Source of the DNA: Candidatus Liptonbacteria bacterium
GTDB lineage: Bacteria > Patescibacteriota > Minisyncoccia > UBA6257 > 2-01-FULL-56-20
Length of the DNA: 64,000 nucleotides
Assembly (NCBI GenBank): GCA_023244895.1
Contig: JAHFLL010000001.1
Location: 335,702-399,701 of the forward strand
Direction: 5' to 3'
Below the pieces are notes generated by a model that saw nothing but the letters and a program-made list of their open reading frames with translations, was not told the DNA's origin and did no database searches. The translations under genes and the position numbers were made by a program. Below, in pieces: positions 16,918 through 25,781 of this stretch (position 1 is the first letter of the stretch; each line of letters opens with the position of its first letter).

Positions 16918-17676
16918 ATGTGCAGAATATTGGCAGTTACGGGAAAAGATTGGCAGATGGATACAGTTTTGGAAGACTTCGGACGCCTGGCCGAATACGG
17001 ACATGTGCCCGAATCAACCGCGCCTGGCCACAAGGATGGTTGGGGAGTGGTGGCACACAATAAGGGCGGAGTTAGCTTTTATGCTCGTAGTACAGAAGAC
17101 GCTTTTAGCGATCCCAGGTTCAGAGAGGTAGCGGATTTCGTCGGCAAAACGAGCCCAGACGTTTTAATTTCTCATTTTAGAAAAGCGTCTATCGGCTCGG
17201 TAAATATCCCCAATACGCACCCGTTTTTGAACGGCAAGATTTCTTTTTGCCACAACGGCTCCATCCGTTCGGAAATATCTTTGAGCGAAAATTCTGAGGC
17301 TCTTTTGCAAGGAGAAACCGATTCGGAGAGATTCTTTTTTATGATATTAGAAAAAATGCAGGCCGGGGCGAGTCTTAAAGACGCGCTTAAAAATTGTGTA
17401 AAATTAGCGCGCGAAAACTTTGATTTTACGGCTATAAACTTATTGATATCAGACGGCGGTTTTGTCTGGGCCTTACGCGAGATTAACGAAAAAAGCGAAA
17501 TAGTTCAGAAGGAAAACTTATTGGATTATTACAGCTTGTTTTTGGGTAAAAATAAATCTTCTTTCGTGATTTGCTCCGAGCAATTGTCTGTAGGGGGAGA
17601 TTGGCAGTTAATGCAAAATCACGAGTTGGTGGAAATAGATGTTGCGAATTCGGTTGTTGAATCCGAAGTTATATAG
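16918..17676 (+). CDS. Class-II (Ntn) glutamine amidotransferase, YafJ/EgtC-like; host-type AT-rich codons
   Basis: MCRILAV... (Cys2 nucleophile after the initiator Met) and HFRKASIGSVNIPNTHPF, typical of GATase type 2. Confidence 0.75.
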   Translation: MCRILAVTGKDWQMDTVLEDFGRLAEYGHVPESTAPGHKDGWGVVAHNKGGVSFYARSTEDAFSDPRFREVADFVGKTSPDVLISHFRKASIGSVNIPNTHPFLNGKISFCHNGSIRSEISLSENSEALLQGETDSERFFFMILEKMQAGASLKDALKNCVKLARENFDFTAINLLISDGGFVWALREINEKSEIVQKENLLDYYSLFLGKNKSSFVICSEQLSVGGDWQLMQNHELVEIDVANSVVESEVI

Positions 17677-18104
17677 TTTGAGATATCTATAGGTTGGTGA
17701 TATAAGAGAATAAGCAGGCGCATTGTCGCCCACCAGCTGAGGAGGCTTCTGTGGATGTTCGGATCAGCCCTAGCGAGGAGTTGGCGAGAGGTATCCTCGC
17801 GACCCGAAATTGTCTTGTTCTTGTCGAGCTCCAGCTCGGCGAGGAAGAAGGCGATTTCGCGTGCGTCGTCTTCGGACCGGAGGATCTCCTGGAAGAGATC
17901 GCGGGGATTCAGGGTTGGGAACGAAGACCAACCGAGCCCCTCTCGATTCAAGTCCCTCTCCGGGCGGAGGCTTCGGAAGTAGTCAGGATTCTGGAACTTT
18001 CCATCGTTGATCTGTGCGTGGTGTCGGACGGCGATGGCGGGGAGATGGAATTCCCTGGTCCGGACGTCTCCCTTTAGCGAGTAGCAGTGGGTACGCGGAC
18101 GCAT
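17619..18104 (-). CDS. Possible GC-rich gene remnant on the minus strand (GC-rich patch about 17740-18120); function unknown, probably 3'-degraded
   Basis: The minus frame has the higher GC at codon position 3. agagg lies 7 nt upstream of ATG 18104. The ORF runs into the 3' end of the GATase gene. Confidence 0.2.
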   Translation of the reverse strand: MRPRTHCYSLKGDVRTREFHLPAIAVRHHAQINDGKFQNPDYFRSLRPERDLNREGLGWSSFPTLNPRDLFQEILRSEDDAREIAFFLAELELDKNKTISGREDTSRQLLARADPNIHRSLLSWWATMRLLILLYHQPIDISNYITSDSTTEFATSISTNS

Positions 18105-18201
18105 TTGTCGCCTCTGCCCACCCACCCGAGTTCATTATCCATATGGTGAATTGGGGTGGGTTTAATTGATTTAATCGGGCGAATCGCTATGATTAGCGTA
18201 A

Positions 18202-18969
18202 ATGACACAGTATCCTTTTAGGACTCGTTTTAAAAAAGAAATTGTGGCGGAATTTTTGCCTCCGGCGCGACCGGGTAAAAAACAACGCGTGATTATTTTG
18301 TGCGACGGCATGCCGAGCGTGCCCAATCGGCGTAGCTTGATGCAATTTTTATCTCGAAAGGGCTACTGGGTTTTCCATCCCCGTTATCGTGGCGCTTGGG
18401 AAAGCGGTGGGCAATTTTTGGCCAAGTCTCCGCACCTGGATATTCTGGACGTTGTAAGTGGTCTTAAGGGTAAGATAAAAGAAAGGGCTTACGGTAAAAC
18501 TTTTCCCATAAAGCCGGACGAAATATTTGTGGTCGGAGGCAGTTTTGGCGGTCCGGCGGCGATACTCTGCTCGCTTGATAAGCGCGTTAAAAAAGTTGTG
18601 GCTAACTGTCCGGTAGTGGATTGGCCGGCGAGTAAAGCGGGAGATAAGGCAGAGACATCCCATAAGAACTATGCCGCGTACGTGCGGGAGGCTTTCGGCA
18701 ACGGCTACCGCCTAACCGATAGAAACTGGAACAAGTTGTATTCCGGTAAGTTCTATAATCCTATGCATCATATAAAGGAAATTGATCCGTCCAAGATAAT
18801 AATGTTCCATGCCAAAGACGATCCGGTCGTGAACTGGCGGAGCGTCGCCAAGCTCTCCAAGCTGACCGGAGTCAAGCTAAAGTTACAGAACAGAGGCGGG
18901 CATATCTCAACCCCTTATGTGGTTGAGAAATATTGGAAACAGATAAGCAAATTTTTTAAGTCTAAATAA
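18202..18969 (+). CDS. Alpha/beta hydrolase (dienelactone hydrolase / peptidase S9-like)
   Basis: GGSFGG nucleophile elbow; 255 aa. Confidence 0.55.
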   Translation: MTQYPFRTRFKKEIVAEFLPPARPGKKQRVIILCDGMPSVPNRRSLMQFLSRKGYWVFHPRYRGAWESGGQFLAKSPHLDILDVVSGLKGKIKERAYGKTFPIKPDEIFVVGGSFGGPAAILCSLDKRVKKVVANCPVVDWPASKAGDKAETSHKNYAAYVREAFGNGYRLTDRNWNKLYSGKFYNPMHHIKEIDPSKIIMFHAKDDPVVNWRSVAKLSKLTGVKLKLQNRGGHISTPYVVEKYWKQISKFFKSK

Positions 18970-19476
18970 ATGGACACGCTGTCTCATGGGCTGTATGCCG
19001 GAATCGCTTTCGGTCGTAGAAGCAAAAGGGATTACCTGACAGCCTTTTTGTTCGGTATCGGACCGGATATATTGTCTTTTGGACCATTCTTCCTGGGTGC
19101 CATATTGGGTTTAGAAGATTGGCCCGGCCGGGGCGCGGAACCACCCAGCTCCGACCTAATCCCAGGTTTCGTCTATTTGCTCTACGATTTTACTCACAGT
19201 TTTCTAATTTATGCCCTATTCTTCGCCTTGTTGTGGTGGTTGGGCAGAAAAAGTTTCGCGTTGCTGACTCTGGGCTGGCCACTTCATATCCTAGTTGATA
19301 TTCCGACCCATTCCGCAATATTTTTCCCGACACCATTTCTTTGGCCGATTTCTAATTTTTATATAGATGGGCATCCTTGGGGTAGCCCGGAGATATTTCT
19401 TCCGAACGTGGTTTTACTGGTGGGACTCTACGCGTATTGGTATACTCACAGAAGAAAAAACCGCAAACAAGTCTAA
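18970..19476 (+). CDS. Membrane-bound metal-dependent hydrolase (YdjM/DUF457-like)
   Basis: His-rich TM protein; LHILVDIPTHS. Confidence 0.45.
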   Translation: MDTLSHGLYAGIAFGRRSKRDYLTAFLFGIGPDILSFGPFFLGAILGLEDWPGRGAEPPSSDLIPGFVYLLYDFTHSFLIYALFFALLWWLGRKSFALLTLGWPLHILVDIPTHSAIFFPTPFLWPISNFYIDGHPWGSPEIFLPNVVLLVGLYAYWYTHRRKNRKQV

Positions 19477-19493
19477 AGAACTAAAATATTAAA

Positions 19494-20513
19494 ATGAAAT
19501 TATCTCTCGGCATCGTTGGTCTTCCGAACGTGGGCAAATCCACCTTATTTAACATCTTGACCAAACAGAACGTTTTGGCGGCGAATTATCCCTTCGCGAC
19601 CATAGACCCGAACGTGGGAGTGGTGCCGGTGCCGGACGAGCGGGTAGACAAGCTCGCCAAATTAAGCAGTTCTAAAAAAGTAGTTCCCGCGGTGGTGGAG
19701 TTCTATGATATCGCGGGCCTAGTGAAGGGCGCGAGCCAGGGAGAGGGTCTGGGCAACCAGTTTTTGACGCATATTCGGGATACGCAGGCAGTCGTTATGG
19801 TCTTAAGGACATTTAAAGACGAGAACGTCGTGCATGTGGAAAGTAGTATAGATCCCATTCGGGATTTAGAAATCCTGAATGCGGAGCTCGCGCTCAAAGA
19901 TTTAGACACCATCGTAAAGCGTTTCGCTAAACTGGAAGGGGAGGCGCGTAGTGGAGACAAGACCGCGCTAGCCAACTTGGAACTTCTAAAGCGGGTTCAA
20001 GAAGAGGTGTCCGTCGGTTCCCTGATTCATAAATACGCAGAAGAACCCATAATAAAGGAGATGCAACTCTTGACCGCCAAGAAGCAGATTTATCTTCTGA
20101 ACGGCAAAGAGGAGGACGTAAGCGAGGAATTAAAGAAGAAGATAAAAGATATGGGCGCGGATTACGTTATTCTTGATCTCGCGCAAGCGCAAAATTCTGA
20201 CATTATTGAGAATGTCGGAATGTTGGATCTGATAAAAAAAAGCTACGAAATTTTGGGATTAATTTCCTTTCTGACCACCGGCGAGGATGAAACGCGGGCC
20301 TGGACAATTAAACGGGGCGAGAAGGCTCCGGAGGCGGCAGGGGCGATTCACACCGATTTTGAAAAGAAGTTTATCCGCGCGGAAGTAATAAATTGGCAGA
20401 AATTGATGGAAGCGGGTGGTTGGGTGGAGGCTAAGCAAAAAGGCTGGTTACGCCTAGAAGGTAAGGAATATGTGGTACAGGACGGAGACGTTCTAGTGAT
20501 AAGACACGGGTAG
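19494..20513 (+). CDS. ychF: Redox-regulated ATPase YchF (Obg-family)
   Basis: LGIVGLPNVGKSTLFNILT P-loop; C-terminal TGS domain. Confidence 0.9.
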   Translation: MKLSLGIVGLPNVGKSTLFNILTKQNVLAANYPFATIDPNVGVVPVPDERVDKLAKLSSSKKVVPAVVEFYDIAGLVKGASQGEGLGNQFLTHIRDTQAVVMVLRTFKDENVVHVESSIDPIRDLEILNAELALKDLDTIVKRFAKLEGEARSGDKTALANLELLKRVQEEVSVGSLIHKYAEEPIIKEMQLLTAKKQIYLLNGKEEDVSEELKKKIKDMGADYVILDLAQAQNSDIIENVGMLDLIKKSYEILGLISFLTTGEDETRAWTIKRGEKAPEAAGAIHTDFEKKFIRAEVINWQKLMEAGGWVEAKQKGWLRLEGKEYVVQDGDVLVIRHG

Positions 20514-20663
20514 GCGGGCTTGGTCAGTAAAAGATTCGGATTGAACAGCTTCTTTAACTATGAAGTCTCTTCGTGGTTCAAGTTATGTTGACTTCCCGTA
20601 AAATAATTGTAATGATTGGCACCAGTCCGAACGAATAAGTCCGTTCTTTCATGAGAGGTCGGA

Positions 20664-21107
20664 ATGAACAAGCTGACGTTGACGCAATGGCTCTACTTCG
20701 CGATAGCTATCTTGGGCTGGAGTTTCTGGCCCAACCTGGCACGGCGAGCGGATCTCCCGCCCGCACTGACCGGCCTGGTTGTATCCTCCGCCACGGCTAT
20801 CACCGTCCTATTAGGGACGGCCGGGGTTGTCGCGGGACAGCTCGGCAAGGCCGTCTGGGCGAAGGTCATCCTGCTGGTCGTCGCGGGAGTGATCAACGGT
20901 TTGGGCATGCTCTTTATGCCCAAGGTCTTCATGTCAGTACCACAGGCGCAGATGTCGGTATTCAACGCCGGCATGATTGCCTGTATTCTGGCGCTCAGTG
21001 TCGCGAGCTCGTTCCTGTTCTTCTTCGGGCAGGACATGCTCACCTGGCGGAAGATCGGAATCTTCGCCGCCGTGGGAGTAGCCATCTGGCTTTCCGCGAC
21101 CGGATAG
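20664..21107 (+). CDS. Small 4-TM membrane protein (EamA/DMT half-transporter-like) in a GC-rich cassette
   Basis: High-GC codons; RBS gagaggtcggaATG; hydrophobic throughout. Confidence 0.45.
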   Translation: MNKLTLTQWLYFAIAILGWSFWPNLARRADLPPALTGLVVSSATAITVLLGTAGVVAGQLGKAVWAKVILLVVAGVINGLGMLFMPKVFMSVPQAQMSVFNAGMIACILALSVASSFLFFFGQDMLTWRKIGIFAAVGVAIWLSATG

Positions 21108-21197
21108 GCCGGACTGGACCGAGTAGGCGGAGGAGTGGCCACGCCAAGCGTGGCCAGAGGCGACTCGGCGCGGAGTCATGGTTCTCGCGACCTCCTA

Positions 21198-21800
21198 CTA
21201 GTTCCGCCGATCGAGGGACGCCCCGAGCGTCTCGTCGTCCGCAAACTCGATTTCGCCGCCTGTCGGGAGACCTCTCCCCAGGCGGCTTGTTTTTTTCGCC
21301 AAGCCCGCCAATTCTTTATTTAAAATAGAGGCATGAAAATCTCCCACACTGGTTGGATTTACCCCGAAGATTATCTCTTTAGCCTGCCCGTCTAACTCTT
21401 TTTTGATAAACAATTTTAGTTGGTCCAGCCTTTTTCTCTGCCAGTCCAAGAGCGCGCCGGTGCGGGGGATGTCTCCTAGAACAAAATACCGCCCCTGGTA
21501 TTTTCCGGTATTCTCCAGAGATAACAGGTCGGTTTCTTTTTCTACGATTAAGATAATGCCTTGATCGCGTTTCGGATTAGAGCATATTTCGCAAACGCCC
21601 TCGACTTCTTGGTGTATAAAAAAACACTGCTCGCAAATCTTGAGTTTTTTGAGGTCGTCTATGTCTTTGGCCAGCCCACCAATAAAGCCCTGCCCCTGGT
21701 TCAGGAAATAAAAAATCAAACGGATAGCTTGGCGCGGTCCAATGGAGGGTAGTTCCGATAACTGGTCGGCTAGTTTTTTTATGGAATTGGGTAGGTGCAT
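21198..21800 (-). CDS. recR: Recombination protein RecR
   Basis: C4 zinc finger CEQCFFIHQEVEGVCEIC, Toprim domain, C-terminal GLPTGGEIEFADDETL. The last about 30 codons are GC-rich, unlike the rest of the gene. Confidence 0.9.
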   Translation of the reverse strand: MHLPNSIKKLADQLSELPSIGPRQAIRLIFYFLNQGQGFIGGLAKDIDDLKKLKICEQCFFIHQEVEGVCEICSNPKRDQGIILIVEKETDLLSLENTGKYQGRYFVLGDIPRTGALLDWQRKRLDQLKLFIKKELDGQAKEIIFGVNPTSVGDFHASILNKELAGLAKKTSRLGRGLPTGGEIEFADDETLGASLDRRN

Positions 21801-21866
21801 AGTCGATTTTATTGATATTTGCGAGTCGCAGACGATGCAAATATTATCATAAAATCTACTACCCCG

Positions 21867-22121
21867 TTAGATAGTAATGTCATTTTTGATTCTGTTTTTT
21901 ATATATCTTTTGCCCCAGGCGGTTTTTAGGTATATCTCGCGATGGTTTGCGTCCTTGGAGCTATTGCTCGCTTCAAAATATACCAGAACTAGCGGCCTTC
22001 TGTCCTTGGTGCTTTTAACTTCTCCTCTCGCGTGTTGCTTAATGCGGTCCTTTAATATTTCCGACTTACCGACATAAAAACCGCCATCCCTTAAGCTTTT
22101 TAGTATGTAAACATAATACAT
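21867..22121 (-). CDS. Small GIY-YIG nuclease-superfamily protein
   Basis: YYVYILKS...GFYVGKSEILKDRIKQH GIY-YIG motif; 84 aa. Confidence 0.65.
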   Translation of the reverse strand: MYYVYILKSLRDGGFYVGKSEILKDRIKQHARGEVKSTKDRRPLVLVYFEASNSSKDANHREIYLKTAWGKRYIKNRIKNDITI

Positions 22122-22177
22122 GTTTATCTAACGGGGTGAAGTTTTTTCAAACGAATCAAAGATTCGTTAAAAAATAA

Positions 22178-23587
22178 TCAGAACGCTCCGAAGTCTTCCA
22201 ATATGGGCCGGTCCGCGGACACGTGTTGCTCTCCCACGTTTTTATCAATAGCGCGGAAACTGACTGCGTCCGTGTCAAAGCGCAGGTCCACGGAGCCCAA
22301 AGGTCCATTGCGATGCTTGGCGATAATGATTTCCGCCATATTTTGCTCTTCCGGTGGAACATCTATCCTGTCCCGGTCTTTGCGGTAGATAAACATAACC
22401 ACGTCCGCATCTTGCTCAATGCTGCCCGATTCGCGCAGGTCATGCAATTGAGGACGCTTGTTGTCTCTTTGGTCTACCGCGCGTGAAAGCTGGGAGAGGG
22501 CGAGGACGGGCACGTTAAGCTCACGCGCCAAACCTTTGAGGCCGCGAGAGATTTCCGTAACTTGAGAAACCATATTATCGGAGCTGCGCCGGGGCGCGAT
22601 AAGCTGTAGATAGTCCACTACTAATAGTCCCAAGCCGTGCTCTATTTGCAGGCGGCGGCTCATAGAGCGCATTTGGAGAATATTTGGGGAGGGCGTGTCA
22701 TCAATATAAATCGGAACATTGGATAAGACGTCTAGGGCATGCTGGATGCGCTGGAAGTCGCCTTCGTTATTTAGCTTTCCGGTGCGTAATTTCCAAAGAG
22801 GGATGTCGGCCTGCCCGGATATCAAGCGGTCAATAACCTGTTCCCGAGACATTTCTAGAGAAAAAATACCCACCGGAATATTGCCTTTAACCGCCGCGTG
22901 GCGGGCCATATCCAAGGCAAGGGTGGTTTTGCCGAGAGATGGTCTCGCGCCCAAGACGACCAGGTCGGATTTTTGCAAGCCGGAAAGCAGATTGTCTATG
23001 CCATTAAATCCGGTCGGCACTCCGCGCAACGCGCCCTTATGCTCGTGCAAACGTTCTATTCTCTCGTATGCCTGCTTCAGCTCGTCTTTAACCGGTACGA
23101 AGTTCTGGGGTAGGGAACTTTGAGAAATTGACAGGATTTTATGTTCAATACTATCCAATAATTCTTCAAACTCTTGCCCCGGGGCGAGCGCGCCCTCGGT
23201 TATCTCGGCAGAGGCCTTAATTAAGTCGCGCAGGACCCTCTTTTCCTTTACTATGCGCGCGAAGTGGTCAATGTGAGAAGCGGTGGAAATCTTATTGGTC
23301 AGGTCGGTGATGTAGCCCGCTCCGCCCACGCTTTGCAGAAGCTGTTTTTCTTTAAGGAGGCTGGTCAGAGTTATGACATCTATCGGTTGTTTCTTCTCGT
23401 GAAGCTCCAAAATTATTTCGTATATTTTTTCGTGGGCGGGGCTGTAAAAATCGGCGGGAGTTAAAAGGTCCGCCACCTTATGGACGGAATTTTTGTCTAT
23501 CAAAAGACCGCCCAGAACGGACTGCTCCGCTTCCGTGTTCTGTGGCGGAATTCTTATGTCGTTTTGATTCTGTTGGGAATTGGGCAT
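22178..23587 (-). CDS. dnaB: Replicative DNA helicase DnaB
   Basis: GARPSLGKTTLALDMARH Walker A and DnaB N- and C-terminal domains; 469 aa, no intein. Confidence 0.9.
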   Translation of the reverse strand: MPNSQQNQNDIRIPPQNTEAEQSVLGGLLIDKNSVHKVADLLTPADFYSPAHEKIYEIILELHEKKQPIDVITLTSLLKEKQLLQSVGGAGYITDLTNKISTASHIDHFARIVKEKRVLRDLIKASAEITEGALAPGQEFEELLDSIEHKILSISQSSLPQNFVPVKDELKQAYERIERLHEHKGALRGVPTGFNGIDNLLSGLQKSDLVVLGARPSLGKTTLALDMARHAAVKGNIPVGIFSLEMSREQVIDRLISGQADIPLWKLRTGKLNNEGDFQRIQHALDVLSNVPIYIDDTPSPNILQMRSMSRRLQIEHGLGLLVVDYLQLIAPRRSSDNMVSQVTEISRGLKGLARELNVPVLALSQLSRAVDQRDNKRPQLHDLRESGSIEQDADVVMFIYRKDRDRIDVPPEEQNMAEIIIAKHRNGPLGSVDLRFDTDAVSFRAIDKNVGEQHVSADRPILEDFGAF

Positions 23588-24936
23588 TACCTGTGCTTTA
23601 GACTTGGTCCGTCCGCGCCGTCCTCGATTACATATCCTAACTCAAAAATCCTATCTCTCAAGGTGTCGGCTTGCATAAACTGTTTATTTCTCCGGGCGGC
23701 CTCTCTTTGGCTCAGTAATTCGGCTATCTCCGCTGGGATATTGCTTTCGGTCTCGTTCCTAAGAGAGGGGAGCTTTTTGGGCGAAAGACCCAATTCTTTA
23801 AGAAGGGCAACATTTTTGCCCAGCAGGGCGAGCGCTTGCGGCGCGTCTAAGTTGTCGTTGAGCGCGCCAAGGAGCGGGTCCATATCTTCTCTCGCACTTT
23901 TAGATTTTTTCACGGCAGAATATTTATTCCATAAATCGGAAAGTCTTTTTTGCGCGCCCGTGAGGCTCTCCCAGGTAAAATTAAGTTTGGTTTTATAGCC
24001 GGCCCCCAGCATTAGATAGCGCAGGGCGAGCGGGTCAAACCCTTTTTCGCGCAGATCAGTGAGGGTAAAAAGATTTCCTTTGGATTTAGACATTTTCTCT
24101 CCCTCTACCATTAAATGCTCCGGGTGGCACCAGATTTTTGTGAACGGCCGGTAAAGAGGCTGGCTTTGCGCGATTTCATTCACATGGTGGGGGAAGATCA
24201 AATCTACTCCGCCGGTATGAATATCGGTCGTTCCCTTAAAAGCTCCATAGTTAATAGCCGAGCATTCAATATGCCAACCCGGCCGGCCATCGCCTAGCTC
24301 CTTGTCTTTCCAGAAAATATTCCCGTCTTCTTTGTCGCGCGCCTTCCAGAGTGCGAAGTCGCTCAGGTTTTCTTTCTCGTATTCGTCTACTTTGACCCGC
24401 GCGCCCACCTTCTTGCCCTTTAGGAATCCCTTGCCGACTAGTTCGCCATAGTCTCCGAAGTCCTTTTGGTATTTCGCAATGTTGAAATATACGCCGTCGT
24501 TTGCTTTATAGGCATAACCCAGCTTGATTAGTTTTTTAATAAACTTCTTTATCTCCGGAATGCTATCCGAAACCTTCACGAATTTTATTTCTTTGCGGGA
24601 AATATTGAGCGCATCCAGGTCTTTCATAAACCCCCTGGTATAAAGATCGGTAAATTTTCTGAGTTCTTTAAGACCGGCCTTCTCGCCGTATTTGGCAATA
24701 GCCTGGCGGATGGTCTTATCGTCCACGTCCGTTATGTTCATAACCCAGCGCACCTTGTAGCCGTTCAGTTTCAGGGTGCGATAGAGAATATCCGCGAAGA
24801 TATAACTGCGCAGATTACCGATATGGGCAAAGTTATAAACCGTCGGCCCGCAAGTATAAAAATTAACCATGCCCTTATGGACGGGCTGGAGCTCTTCGGG
24901 CTTGCGGGAGAGGGTATTGTAGAGACGCAAAGACAT
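23587..24936 (-). CDS. cysS: Cysteine--tRNA ligase
   Basis: HIGNLRSY (HIGH) and KMSKSKGN motifs. Confidence 0.9.
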   Translation of the reverse strand: MSLRLYNTLSRKPEELQPVHKGMVNFYTCGPTVYNFAHIGNLRSYIFADILYRTLKLNGYKVRWVMNITDVDDKTIRQAIAKYGEKAGLKELRKFTDLYTRGFMKDLDALNISRKEIKFVKVSDSIPEIKKFIKKLIKLGYAYKANDGVYFNIAKYQKDFGDYGELVGKGFLKGKKVGARVKVDEYEKENLSDFALWKARDKEDGNIFWKDKELGDGRPGWHIECSAINYGAFKGTTDIHTGGVDLIFPHHVNEIAQSQPLYRPFTKIWCHPEHLMVEGEKMSKSKGNLFTLTDLREKGFDPLALRYLMLGAGYKTKLNFTWESLTGAQKRLSDLWNKYSAVKKSKSAREDMDPLLGALNDNLDAPQALALLGKNVALLKELGLSPKKLPSLRNETESNIPAEIAELLSQREAARRNKQFMQADTLRDRIFELGYVIEDGADGPSLKHR

Positions 24937-24952
24937 GAGAATTATTGGGTTA

Positions 24953-24983
24953 TTGTAGCACGCCTAACAGGTCTGTGGCTAAG
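24953..24983 (+). promoter_or_regulatory. Degenerate CIRCE-like inverted repeat (gTAGCACgc-N9-tgtGGCTAA) upstream of hrcA
   Basis: Compared by eye with the CIRCE consensus TTAGCACTC-N9-GAGTGCTAA: 7 of 9 and 5 of 9 half-site matches. Confidence 0.2.
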
Positions 24984-25011
24984 GGAGGTCTTCTGGCTAA
25001 TGTCATATCTT

Positions 25012-25051
25012 ATTGGCAGTCTTGACAAGGGATTGCCAATCGGGATATATT
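25012..25051 (+). promoter_or_regulatory. hrcA promoter (TTGACA-18-TATATT, ATG 7 nt downstream) overlapped by a perfect 7-bp inverted repeat ATTGGCA-N15-TGCCAAT
   Basis: Read directly at 25012-18, 25022-27, 25034-40 and 25046-51. Confidence 0.4.
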
Positions 25052-25058
25052 TTTGGCT

Positions 25059-25781
25059 ATGGAAGTTTTATCTCCTCGCGGAGCGGAAATATTGCATGCG
25101 GTCATACAGGAGTACATCGCTACCGGCCAACCCATCAGCTCGGAGTGGCTTTATGAGCGACATGATTTCGGTATTCGTCCGGCTATGATTCGGTTGGAGT
25201 TAAATGATTTAACGGAGAGAGGATTTTTAGAGCAACCTCATCCCGCTGCCGGCAGGGTGCCAAGCAATAAGGGCTATGAATTTTTTGCTCGCCAGGTTTT
25301 AAACACGGATACCGCCCTAAATGAACGCCGGGCGGACAAGTTAATGATGCAGCATTCCTGGGGGGATTTGGTGGATGAGATTTCAAAAGAATTGGGAGTT
25401 TTGGCCGCGGTTATGCGCGCGGAGAGTAGAGAGGTGCACAAGGGTTATTTGGAAAATCTATTAGATCACTTAGACTGGCAGTCCCGAGAAGAGGTTAAGG
25501 CGGTAGTTAGAGATTTTGAAGAGCTGGATAATCGTATGACCCTTTCTCTGGGCGATATGCAACAGGATTTCTTGGATATATTTATCGGTCGCAAAAGTCC
25601 CTTTACTAGTAGCGATTTTTTGTCGGTCGTGGCGGGGGACTATGAGGTGGACGGCGAGCGAGTGATGCTCTGCGCGATTGGTCCTAAGAGGATGGACTAC
25701 GAACAGGCCACTAAAATGTTTAAAGGTCTTAAACAATGCGCGAGTAGAGATAATAAAAATGAACGAAGAAAAAGACAATAA
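25059..25781 (+). CDS. hrcA: Heat-inducible transcription repressor HrcA (short form)
   Basis: N-terminal wHTH IQEYIATGQPISSEWLYERHDFGIRPAMIRLELNDLTERGFLEQPH. 241 aa, versus about 340 for the canonical protein. Confidence 0.65.
   Translation: MEVLSPRGAEILHAVIQEYIATGQPISSEWLYERHDFGIRPAMIRLELNDLTERGFLEQPHPAAGRVPSNKGYEFFARQVLNTDTALNERRADKLMMQHSWGDLVDEISKELGVLAAVMRAESREVHKGYLENLLDHLDWQSREEVKAVVRDFEELDNRMTLSLGDMQQDFLDIFIGRKSPFTSSDFLSVVAGDYEVDGERVMLCAIGPKRMDYEQATKMFKGLKQCASRDNKNERRKRQ

Noticed and set aside
22141-22178. AACGAATC..GATTCGTT hairpin between dnaB and the GIY-YIG gene as a terminator
   Set aside because: On either strand the T-run precedes the hairpin and the A-run follows it, so the hairpin is not followed by a U-tract. 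It is more likely a protein-binding or processing hairpin.
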